Shown: in pieces, positions 52,551-64,000 of the stretch | Position numbering within the stretch: the first letter of the stretch is position 1 | How the letters are laid out: each line of letters begins with the position of its first letter | Source: Thalia democratica | Taxonomy: Eukaryota | Direction: 5' to 3' | Length of the DNA: 64,000 nt | Assembly: GCA_965202585.1 (NCBI GenBank) | Contig: OZ241828.1 | Span: forward strand, 42,842,001-42,906,000 | Translations under genes and position numbers: made by a program | The notes under the pieces: model-generated | Told to the model about the DNA's origin: nothing | Database searches by the model: none | The model's input: only the letters and a program-made list of their open reading frames with translations

Positions 52551-52557
52551 CTCAGAC

Positions 52558-52818
52558 CAGTGGTCAGCAATCTGCTGCCCGCAAGGTACTTTTCCGCTAA
52601 AAATATACATAATAAAAAAATTAATTTATTTGTGGTAATAAAAATTACAAATAGACTCTTAAGTTTATCCTACTAGTGTCCTATTATTGCTTACTTCATC
52701 ACATTTTTGCTTAAAAACAGTATATTTAGTTTGATTAATATTTTTTTTTATAACAACGGCCTGCGAAGATTTTTCTAGAAAATGCGGGCCGCGAGTTACA
52801 AAATGCTGCTGACCCTTG
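52558..52818. mobile_element. hAT MITE (old)
   Basis: Termini cagtggtcagca/tgctgacccttg; ggcccgc-type motifs; TSD only 4/8. Confidence 0.6.
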
Positions 52819-55234
52819 TTTTAGACATTGAGCTTCCAAGTTTCTACCTAAAAAACAACGAAACCCATAGTCCCTATTTTCTTTTTTAATAAGAAAATAA
52901 CTTTTATTTGATTTTTACTTTGTTTTAATCTGCCAGATCCGGTGAGATCTTAACGAAGAAAGCATGATTTTTTATTTTGAACCGTCCGGATTTTTGTTTC
53001 GAAGGTAGAAACGGATCTAAACTAATTAAATAAAGCAAAAAAAAAACTTTAAAAAACAGTACGCCTATTTAAAGAAAAAACCATCAAAATAGATTTGTTA
53101 CAATGAAAACTTGAAAAGATACAAGTAAACCACTGAGCATAAAAAAATACGCAGTATAAGGTACTTTTACGATTTTTTACTACTGTACATTGTAAGTTTA
53201 CAAGCTTATAAATATTATCTTGTTGATATAAAAGTTACAAAGATATTAAATAAAAAACACATAGTTATATTATCATCTTTCAGTTTATGCCATTTTATTC
53301 ATAGTTGTGTATACAAAAGCATGATTGATTGATTCATAATAATTTTGTTTGCGCCTTTTTATGACAAATAATGTTTAATTCTTTTATTTTTCGTTCTGTT
53401 CTAAATTTTGAGTTTTTTTATTGTTAAAGATATTAATCTTTGTAAACTATTCAAAGATCTTTAATAAGGCCGAGTAAACTTTTTGGTTGGTGGTAAAAAT
53501 GAGGCACTCTTTTAAACATGATTTATTTATTAGACTTTCCGGGGTAACTTTACATCTGTAAATTTACTTCTGTAAAGTTGTACTAAAAGTAAACTCCTAA
53601 TTTGTTTAAGCACCAAATTATAACTGTAAAACTAAATATTTAGCAGTACAGTTTAATCTAAATTTTCTTTATATCATACGCGTAACTTTCTTTAACAATT
53701 TTTTCAATTAATTTCTTTAGTACAGTTTTAATAATTGATAAAATAAGTTGTTGGCTAGATCCTACTAGCAGGTCGTACGTTGTCCAACCCTACACTATAA
53801 GATAGTAAAAATATTGATTTAAAAAACAAAATTTGTTTATATAAATCATTTCAATTACCAGCTAGAACATAGTATTAGGTATAAACAACAAAAAAAAGTA
53901 TATCGAATGTGTAATTTAGTATTAGTTAATTAAAAAATTTAAAGATATGTAAATCCAGGTTTCGATTTTACAAAAGATCTGAATCTGCTAGATTAATTAG
54001 CAAAACTCTTTTTTTATGTTATATGGTTTTAAACTTATTAAATTTTAGCATACCCAACTACAATTTTTTTTGAAATTTTTTATACTAGTTTGTAATCTTA
54101 ATAGACTTTTAAAATTGTTAGGTCTACATTTTAACTAGAAATTATAATCAAAAACTATACAAACTGCTTTCTTTGTTATGAGGTAGTTTTAAAATAAACA
54201 AGGTATACAACCTGCAACACATTATCGACAAAAGAAATTTATGAAAGCAATCTTAAAATAACAAAAATACTATTGGGTCTATTATAACATAATTAATGAA
54301 ACTTATTTAAAAAGTTAAAAGTTAATAAGTTGTTTGCTCAAATTTTATTCAAATTAAAATATGTTTTTAAAGAAAACTACAACGCATATTTTTTTCCAAT
54401 AAAAGCGCTTTTTTTCAGTTCTTTAGCTTTAAAAGACTTTGCTTTCTTAGTTTTTAGTATTCATTTGTACTTGGTTTTTCACTGATAGAGAATAACTTCA
54501 ATATATAAGTTTACTATCATTTACTATCTATAAGTTTTATCTTTATCATTTTAAGCGTATTTAAGTGTCCACGAATAAGATCCTTCTAATTTTTATCTAG
54601 ATAAGTTATATAAACCTAATGGATCTTCCGAACTAAAAAGTATTTCTTTGAAAAAAGTCCACAAAAGTCTTTAATTTTATAAAATGAGAGAAAAGAAAAA
54701 AACAAGGAAAGAGAGAGACTAATTGTTTTACTATTGAAGTAACAACTCATTCTTAATTATATTTTAAAGATTTACCTTAATTTTGAGTTACAAAAGAATA
54801 AAATTTCTTATGTAATAAGACAATTTTAAAGTAATTTTTACAGCAACTTGACTTTCAAAGTGGCTAAAGTTCAAAGTTTTATTACAAAATAAACATTAAC
54901 TTTTAAATAAGAAAGATATAATTTTTTTCAAAAATTGATGATGTGAATTTTGAAGTGTTATGAAGAAAAATTAAATATATAAATTGTAAGGTATAATATT
55001 AGAAAAATTACACACTAAGAACTTGTAGCACTGAGCAAATGGCTCAAGATCAAGCATTGATAAACAAAACTAAAAACGCTACAATTTGAACTTTATTTTT
55101 ATAAGACTGATATTTTATATTGAATTTAAAACTAGTTTTTATTTTAAACTTTCCTTCAAAAACTATGTATTTGTTAAATAAAGTTAAATTACAAAAAACA
55201 GTAGGCGTATTATATAAAACAAGACATTTCTTAA

Positions 55235-55800
55235 ACAAAAAGCATTGTATTTAGTCTTTAGTTCTTTACTTATCAGCAATTTTAGATATGGCTTGTTGTG
55301 CAGGGGAAGAGCAAATAAAAAATGTATAAATGATATCAATGTAACATTATAAGAAATATGATGTAGTGTAAGAGAATTAACAACTCAGAAAAAAAATATT
55401 AGATGTTGAAAGTCTGTATCTATATGAAATAAGTCTGTTTAAGTTTAACAATAGCTTGTTACCAGATAACTTTAAAAATTACTGTAAAAGTGTAAAAATG
55501 TCCATAATTATCATACCAGGTCTTCAGAAACAATTTTTTTCCTACCTAGACTCAACAGCAAAATAGGTCATAAATCACTATCCTTCCAAGGTAGTGAGTT
55601 ATGGACTAAGCTATCATTATGTTTAAAAAATATAAGTCATTTTGGAAAGTTCCAGTATGAACTTAAAAATTATCTTTTAAATAGTGATTCTCAAGGTCAA
55701 TATTGATCATTCCTACTCGTCTGTTTACTTTGTTTAAGGAGTTAATAGTGTTTGTCATTTAATATTCAAAATTTTATTTATTCTTTCATACTTTTATTTT
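55235..55800 (+). mobile_element. 3' remnant of a CR1/L2-type LINE
   Basis: SLLISNFRYGLLCRG and NFFLPRLNSKIGHKSLSFQGSELWTKL...FQYELKNYLLN resemble the ORF2 C-terminus; AT-rich tail follows. Confidence 0.7.
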
Positions 55801-56794
55801 TTTTTGTTCAAAAGTTGATTTGTTTGGTTATATTAACATTGGTTTAGTCTAGGTTTTAGCATTTTCTATCTGGTTATATTTTAAGATTATTCTTTAAGAT
55901 TACTATTTTGAATTAAGTTTAGAATACAGAAAAAAAAATCTGTTATGCTTACAATTTTTTTATTCTTTTTTATTATGCAAATGTAAAAAAGTAGTTATAG
56001 ATGTTTTTACTTTAGCAGAAAATAAAGTATTTAAATAGTAAGCTAAGATAACTGTTCCAAGCAATCTTAAGTTATTTTTTTGTGAGGAAACTAAAGAAAA
56101 AAATATTCTTTTTTATGTTTGCAAATTTTTCTTGCTTTCTATTGTTACAGTTTTAGACTTGGACAAGTATTCAAAAAAAAAGTAAAAAGTAAGAATATTT
56201 CAAAATAGAAAGAAATTTGTTTTTGTTAATATCATAATTGTTAAAATTATTAAAGTTTTTTTTTTTCTTATTAAAAGCATAAATTTTCAGTATTTATCTT
56301 CATATTTTATAAAAGTTAACTTCAGTTATTGTAAAAATCACTACTTTAAAATTTTTAAAAAAAAATTTACAATAGTTTATTTAACTATTCAAATGTAAAA
56401 TTGTTTTAACTGTTCAAGTTAAATTATTAAATAAAATAAATATTACCTTTTTAACAAAATACTTATAAAAAAAATATTTTGTATAAAATTTCAGCGTATA
56501 ACATTTTACTTTTATTAAAGATTTTGTAACCTATAATTCAAGTATTCACACGTTTGTTATTAAAGTTGTTTATATACTTTTAAAAGTTATTTAAAGTTTT
56601 ATATATGTTTTTTAGTTCATATGTTACTAAACAAGATTCATAGTACATTATTAAACACAAAATTCAGTTAATTTTCGTTTGGTTTTATTTTCCTTCATTT
56701 TTCTTTTCGTTTAACTGATTGTTTTATTAGTAAAGATTTAAATATTTAAATGATAAAAAAACTATGTGTAATACCTTGTAAGAAACTTTATAAG

Positions 56795-56890
56795 CATGTG
56801 GTGTACGACTCGATAACCGAAAGGTTCCTTTGTACATCAGGTCCTTAGACCAAACTTTTGAGCGCTTTTTTTTATCGTTCAATAAACAAT
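56795..56890 (+). repeat. SINE-like interspersed repeat, copy B
   Basis: gtggtgtacgactcgataaccgaaaggtt...caggtcc..gacc...ttttatcgttcaataaa. Confidence 0.65.
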
Positions 56891-59688
56891 AATATTAGTT
56901 TGATTAAACTTTGTGTTTTTTTTTTAATAATTTTTATACTCAGAAATAGTATACGAATATCAGACTTGAATTTAAAAAGAATATAGTAGTTTTATTTGGC
57001 TAATGTAAAAGTTTGGTTTGTGTAACGTTAACATGGTCCAATTTCTTTTTTTACAAAAATTTACTTTAACCCTTACTTGAAAGTTAAGATTATAGTTTTT
57101 AAATGCCTTTCTAATAACATAAAAAATTTTAATGACTTATAAGTTATAGTTTGTTTAATATTTTTTCTTATTCTGTTTCATGATTTTTCCATAATTTTAA
57201 ACTATAAATTAAAGATCTAGGTTCTCCTTCATTTTTTAAGCAATTAACCTAGAATTTTCAAAAAGTGTTTCTTACATTAAAAAAATTCTAGTTCAATCTG
57301 TTTTAAATTGAAAAGAATTTTATAACTAAATTTAAAAACATAACCGTACATAGAAGTTTTTTTTATAAAATCAGGGTGGCCAGTAGGGTGCATCTATTGC
57401 CCAAACCTTGGAATTTCGCATAGTCAATTTTTTTAAGGTGGGAAATCACATAAATAGACAGTACAAAAAAAATCGCTTCTTAGCTTTAAGCCTATTGGAG
57501 CTAAGTACTTTTGAAAATTTTGCTTTATGCCATTATTTTCGAAGATAAACAAGGGGGTCACTTTTTTTTAAGTTAGCTTTATTTTATAGAACTTTATCCG
57601 AACTATACGTTACTTATTACAGTTTTTTAATAACAAGTTTATTTTCAAAATATAAACCATTAAAGAATGTAATTTCATTGGTTTTTCATTGGTTAGAAGC
57701 AAACTAAAACAGCAATAAAAAGACTACTTAGTATAAAATTTATCTTCTCCTACAAGATATATGAAATTTAATTTTTGTGAAGTAAATAGTTGCAAACTCC
57801 TTGTTTGCGTGCAAGTGCATTTTATTTGGCTGAATGTCGAAATGAAAAAAATAGCTCAACATTTTCCTTTTAAAATATGAAAAAGTAGTAATAACGGTTT
57901 CTTGAAAAAGGACCTATGAAAATATACCATCAAAAAAAAAGTTAATTCACTCTAAGTTAGTTATTTATTGTAACACTTCAGTACAGGGTTTCCACATACT
58001 TAGTATACTCAAGATAACTCAGGACAGTTCATTTTAGGTTTTTTATTATAAGTTAGCAATGATGAGTTTAAGACACAGGAATACATACCAACATTGTATG
58101 GTACATCATCAAGTCAGCCCTATCTAAGTATAACTGGTTAAAAATTGCCAATTTATTTGCAATTACTGCTTTGTTATGAATCAAATAAACAACTACTGAG
58201 ATATAAAATGAAAAGCTCAAAATTCTATGCTTTAAAACATCAAGCTTTTAAAATTGTTTAAGAAGAAGAAAACAGAACATTATAAAAAGGCTAATTTTGA
58301 TGCAAAAAATTTTGGTGCATTTTGTTATAATTTTGAAAAGATACTATCACACCACTCGTCATTAACTAAGGTACTTAAGGCAAAGGAATAGAAATCAACA
58401 AAACCCTATAGACAAAAGATTATGAGAAAAAAATAAAACAAAAGCTACAAATCCTTTTCTATCTCAAGAAGAAAAAAACAACATCGAAATCGACTTGCAG
58501 TTTCTTCAAAGCATGAAAACTGACAGAAAAGCTTATTATAGTTGTTTAGAAAAATCAAGCTTTAAGAGAATTGAGAAACGCAAGGAGAAAGTAGCCAAGA
58601 AAATCTCAGAACCATCTTGCTCCATCTCATCAGTGGTGCTGCAAGGTCAAGAAACTTCTGACATTTCCCATGATGATGATTCTTGCATTTGAGAATTGGA
58701 AGTGGAATCAATTAACCAGCATCCTAAGAAACGATCGCAAAAGATATTTTCAAAAAAGGTACATCACTATTTTTACCTGAAGACTTTCTTACAGACGACG
58801 TGTCAGTTAGAGCTGTAAGAAGAACTAGAATTACTCCGGCTGAATTATCTACAATTGCTTCTGTTTTAATAGAAATAGGAGCGGGGAATAAAGATTCTGT
58901 TAGTTTAAGTTGTTTATATACTGGAAAAAATTATAACAAAATAATTTTTAAAGATTCTTCCACTTTTAAGAAAAACTGGACTGCTCCAAAAAACTTTTTG
59001 GTGCATTGGGACGACAAAACTATTCAAACATTGGATGGTAGTTCAACGGAAAAACGCTTGTCTGTTTCTGTATCAGGAAAACAGCATAAGCTTTTAGGAA
59101 TTTCTTCATTAGGAGTAAACTTGAAAAATATTTACGGCGAAAAAGTTTGTAATTAGGTGATGGTCTTTTTCAAGAGTAGAACTGTGTAAATAGCATTAAT
59201 GGTATGGTTTTTGACACTACTAACTCTTATACAGGGAATTACTCAGGTGTGACATTCCGAATGAGTCTTGGTAACCCATTATTTTGGCTATCTTGCAGGC
59301 ATCGTGTACTAGAGCTGCTACTAAATAAAGTTTTAGTTGTTAAGCCATTAAAAAATCAAAAACATCTGAGATAGTAGTCTTCAAAAGTTTAAGAAAAATT
59401 GGCGAAATATCCTGCAATACTTTGATGGAATTTAGGTTTTGAATTTATAAATTTCTTCTAAAATTCGTCAAAAATATCAAAGTTTTCGATTGTCTTGTCT
59501 GCAGGATGATTATAAAGAGGTTGTCAAACTAGCCTTAATTTACATTAGATTTCAGCCCTATCACTCTTCATCATCCTCGAGGTGTTCCTAAAGCTAGATG
59601 CATGAGCAAGTTAATTTACGCTCTTAAAATAGTTTTGTTTTCACAACTTAACTCATTGAAAACAAATTTAGACACCACTATGTCCTGG

Positions 59689-59800
59689 ACAAGACGTTAA
59701 AATGTATCCGTGGTGTGCGACTCGATAACTGAAAGGTTTTTTTGTTCACCAGGTCCAAGGACCAAATATTCGTAATACGTATTTTATTCGTTCAATAAAT
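59689..59800 (+). repeat. SINE-like interspersed repeat, copy C, inside the transposase pseudogene
   Basis: acaagacgttaaaatgtatccgtggtgtgcgactcgataactgaaaggtt...ttttattcgttcaataaa. Confidence 0.65.
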
Positions 59801-60081
59801 TATACTTGTCAAAAAAATCTGAAAAGTTTTGTTGATTTCTGCATAAACTGCTACCTTCCCTACTGGATCAACTGTACTGTAGCTTCTGCAGCTTCTGGCA
59901 ATGACTTTGGTCTGTTAATCACACTTCAAAAATACAGAAATAACAATAAATTATGTGCAACCTCTGCGTTGGGTGCTATGAAAAACCATGTCTGGTATCT
60001 TGTTGAAGAACTTGTTCCTTTAGTTTGTTTGATGATTATACCAGTTAACCAGTCAAAGCTAAGGTTGCTGATGCTTTAAAT

Positions 60082-60754
60082 TAGGGGTGGGCAGCGTACG
60101 GCCCGCAGAGTGAAAATGACAAGCCCCCGACCGTTTGTTAAACTTTAATAGGATCCGGCTCGCAAATGAAAATTACCGGCCCGCGAGCGAAGTGACAGGC
60201 CCGCTACGGGTCATAATTACACTCTTTTTATGACTTTAAAAAAGATGCTAAAAAATACTTTATAAATTAATGTGTACTAATAAATACTCCATTTTGTCGA
60301 AATATCTTGTCTTGTTTTTACTTAGTTTGAATATCTTTTTGTCAAATTATACCAAGCAAAGTGTTTTTTAAGTACGATATTTTACATACATACCTTTGTC
60401 AATTACAATGTCAATTCTATTCATAGACATTATTTAAACATCTGACACGTCTCAATCTACATCTTAAGTTGTCAGACTTGTGAAAGTTTTGTGAGTTTGA
60501 ATGATTCAAAAAATTGATCAACTGTATCCATAAAACTAGATTCCGGCCGGATTCGAAACTTTTATTTAAACTAGAATCCGACCATGTCCGGATCTTGGCT
60601 TAAAATTAGTATTCAGTCGGATTCGGATCTAAAAAGTTACTTTTCGGCTGGATACTGGATCTGTTAAATCACTTATTCGAAATGCTCCGGCCCGCAAATG
60701 ACTTAATTTTTCCTGATCCGGCCCCTTGATTGAAAAACGTTGATCCCACCCCTA
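60082..60754. mobile_element. hAT MITE nested in the hATm-like transposase
   Basis: Termini taggggtggg/cccaccccta; perfect 8-bp TSD ctttaaat; ggcccgc repeats. Confidence 0.92.
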
Positions 60755-61562
60755 CTTTAAATCATCAAATAAATCAGGAAAGGTCCCAAACATTTAGAAA
60801 AAACAATGAGTTACCTATTTGTCCTGTTTAGTAATTACATGCTCTTTTTTTAGTCCTAGACTGCAGTCATTCATTTCTTAATAAACCGCTAGAACAATGG
60901 ACTAGCGACAAAGACTATAGAGGCAAAAATAAATAGTAAATTACATGAGTGTAGTCAATGACGCTGTCGAAAGAGGTGTTATATTATCCAGCGATTTTGA
61001 AATTTCGTCGAGAAATGAAGACACGTATCAAAACAATCTACAATCTATCGAGGAGGATAGGAAGCAAGTACCAAACCTCAGAATTATGAATAGTTCAAGA
61101 AAGATAATATTGTCATTTTTTTTAACTTCGAGTTAAATAAAAGAGTTTAACTTTCAACAAACATTTGTGGTTATTTTTTTAAGCGACAACAATCTGAACA
61201 CATTAAAAAAATTATTTTCTTAATTTAGTATAATATATTCTAAAAGTTTTTTAATAACGAAATTAAAAAAAATATATATACCGATATAAAGCAAAATTTT
61301 CAAAAGTAATAAGCTCCAACAGGCTTAAAGCTAGGAAGCTTGTTTTTGTGCTGTCTGTTTATGTAGTTTCCCACCTACAAAAATAATGGACTATGCAAAA
61401 TTCCAAAATTTTCATTTTGGATGGGCAACAGATGCACCCTAGTGGCCAGTTTATCTTGAAATAGGAAATACCTCTAATTTTTAAATTAAAGCAAAAAAAA
61501 ACCTGAAACTTAATACTTCTGGTCGTTTTTAGAAAATTTCAGATTAAAAGATTACTGTAGTT

Positions 61563-63917
61563 CAGGGGTCGGCAAACTGCGGCCCGCGGGTTTAAAAAAA
61601 TTTATATGAGATTTGAATTATCATTGTGCGTTTTTCAGTTAGTCTTACATTTTTATAATTGACTTCTTAGTTTATTTTGTTTTACTACTGATAAGTTGGT
61701 ACACTATGTGCAGTTTTAAACGAAATAAACTTTTATACAGGTTTATTTAAAATTAAATATTTAAAGTGAAGTTTTTTTCAATTGAAAAACTGTGCTACAT
61801 GTCAATTAAATGTGTTAGACTTATATACGAACTGCTTCTTCATTTCTATAAACTGTTTCATTCAGTTTTTTGCAGAAGACTTTGAAAAAAGAAATATTAA
61901 GAGAAAACTCCTTAAAGGTGATGTTGACCAGGGGAGCCGATCAGTTCTAATTGCAACAATTTTGAACTTTTACTTTTCTAACTCTAACTTAATAATAAAT
62001 ACTAATTTCGATAAAAATTAAATTATATATTACTATAGGAGTGAAACATTGACTGTGTTTGCTAATCTGCAAAAAAAAATTAAGTTTATATATTTATAAG
62101 TAAATTGTAAGTTTAAAAAGTTATCTGTTAATAGTAAAATAGAATATGATAGCATAAAATTGTGAAATTTAGTGATTGAAAGTTTGTTAAAACAGAAAAA
62201 AAAGAATTATAACTTATCAGATGCAAAATAGTTATTTGTAGAAACTAGTTCAATTTAAAATCGGTGATAGTTGTTTTATTTTGAAATGATTCATTGAGAG
62301 CTGATTATATATTATTTTGTCATACTATAGCTAGCTGAATAAAAATTAACATTATCATACATTAGTTTTGATTGTAATAAAATACCTTTTGATTTTACAG
62401 TTTTAAAACGATTAAGTTAACTCAGCTTAAAGAATATTAAATATAGTTTACATTAATGGTATTAGCAAAACAATAGATGCTTCCGACTAAATGCTTTATG
62501 CTTTAAAGTCTTCGTTAAACTATGAATAAAACAAAATATCATTAAGTATAGTGTGTTTTAATAGTTGTATACTATATGGAAAGTTTTTTTGTGCTACAAT
62601 TGTAACTGAAATCTAAAAAACCTACAGCTTTTACTAAATAGTAAATTCTTAAATTAAAAGATTAAGTTAAAATTACAAAAAACTTTTTTTTTATTATATA
62701 TAACACTTCAAAAAATCAAAGTAACTTTTTTATATGTAAAAGAGTCTATTTCAAAGCTGAAAACTTAAAAAAAACATAATTTTATTTTTCAACGTAAACT
62801 TTAGCAGAGTTTTCTGACAAAGAAGTCTCATTGAAATTAGTATTGGTTGCGCATGCATAATCTGACGACGTACAAGTTTTCTCTTGGCAATTTTTTCGAA
62901 TAGTTAAAACTTTTTCTTTTTCATTCTTTACACTTGTAGATGGAAATTGGGATATCTCTTGATCTCTTTCCATAAGCTCTGCATAAGTCGGTAGTTTGTG
63001 TTCACCTAAGTGTAATGTGTCGCCATTATTGCTTGAAGAACTTTCTCTCCGTCTAAAAGTATTTCCTGTTAATTGTATATTGTTTAATGCTTGAAGAACT
63101 TATTGGTATTTAATATTTTGTATTAGTGTAAAAAAAAAACATAATAGTTAATGTATATACATATACTACTTACGATAGAATATATTTTTAATTTCAGAAA
63201 AAACAATTTTTAGTCAATTTTCTAGCCAAGAAATTTAATTGTAGCAATATTAATTATGAAATAGCTTTTGATAAAAATAACTATCGAATGCAGTGTTACT
63301 GTTTAACGTAAAGAATTTTTTTAACGTTGTTTTTTTAACTTTATACAAACCTGTAGCTACGATTGTTATATGTTAAGTTTGATTTTTTTGAAAGATACAT
63401 AAGTATTTATGCAAAAGTTATATTTTGAAATGGTAAAAAAACTATCAATGAATTTATAGTTCGTTTAAAGCTTAACCTTTATAAAAAATGTTACTAATGC
63501 ATGTAAGTATAGGTACATATAGAAAGCTGATATAAAACCCTTATTTTTTATTAGCTTGAAGTATTTGATTTTTTTTGTACTAACAGTAAACAGTTAAAAG
63601 TACAACAAATTTCATTTCCCAAAACAATAAAAGTAACATAAACTGCAAATTAATAAATAACAAATAAAATAATAAACCAGTCAGCTTAAAAAGTTCGATA
63701 AATCAAAAATAAACTAAAAATATTTTTGATTAAAGTTTTTTTTTAATTTGTTTTAAAATAAAGTTTTTTTAAATGAATTAAGATAATTTTCATTTTTACC
63801 ATAGAGTTTTTCGTTAAACTTTTAGTATATTTTATAAAAAAAAATTTATTAAATGTGGCGGCCTGCAATTTTTTTTACCTAACCGGCCTGAAATAAAGAA
63901 AAAACTGCGAACTCCTG
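61563..63917. mobile_element. Putative hAT (Charlie-type) non-autonomous element
   Basis: Left end caggggtcggcaaactgcggcccgcggg; right end aatgtggcggcc...actgcgaactcctg; TSD only 4/8, so pairing of the two ends is inferred. Confidence 0.5.
62782..63065 (-). CDS. Candidate terminal exon or captured coding fragment of unknown function
   Basis: Stop-free frame 63099-62782 (105 codons plus stop); acceptor ttaacag before 63065; NTFRRRESSSS...HKLPTYAELMERDQE...; higher GC than the flanks. Confidence 0.4.
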
Positions 63918-64000
63918 ACTTAGATTATGATATATGTCAAATACACTAATTTGACATGTGTTAAACATGTGAGAAAGCATTTTTTTATTAATTACTGTAG

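Larger units (their letters stand above)
58300..61136 (+). pseudogene. Degenerate DDE transposase of the 57384-61441 element
   Basis: LVHWDDK, MVFDTTNSYTGNYSG, SCRHRVLELL, ARCMSKLIYALKI, WYLVEELVPL and VVNDAVERGV are co-linear; broken by stops, frameshifts and insertions. Confidence 0.85.
57384..61441 (+). mobile_element. hATm-like DNA transposon, full length but decayed
   Basis: 20-bp TIR tagggtgcatct(a/g)ttgccca (19/20); perfect 8-bp TSD gtggccag at 57376-57383 and 61442-61449. Confidence 0.9.

Noticed and set aside
56795-56860. Antisense hammerhead core in the SINE-like repeat
   Set aside because: Two of the three copies have T at the invariant A9 position, and stem I does not pair.
1-64000. 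CRISPR arrays, tRNA/rRNA genes, U12-type introns
   Set aside because: There are no regularly spaced repeat-spacer units, no cloverleaf or rRNA signatures, and no GTATCCT/ATATCCT donors at the traced junctions.

Overview
This is very AT-rich eukaryotic (metazoan-like) genomic DNA; the species cannot be determined from the window. Most of it (201-50469, + strand) is a spliced CNOT1/Not1 gene, the CCR4-NOT scaffold. I traced 40 exons by hand with GT-AG boundaries and consistent phases. The 5' end lies upstream of the window and the stop codon is TAA at 50467-50469. One anomaly stands out: an in-frame TAA at 12311 inside an otherwise coding-like exon. The introns and 3' flank are full of DNA transposons: hAT elements with 8-bp target-site duplications (TSDs), a CAGGG-terminal family with 6-bp TSDs, TTAA-flanked foldback elements, Penelope and CR1/L2 remnants, and a 4-kb hATm-like element at the centre of a multi-layer nest. 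No tRNA, rRNA or CRISPR array could be supported. Protein-family assignments come from remembered homology, not database searches.
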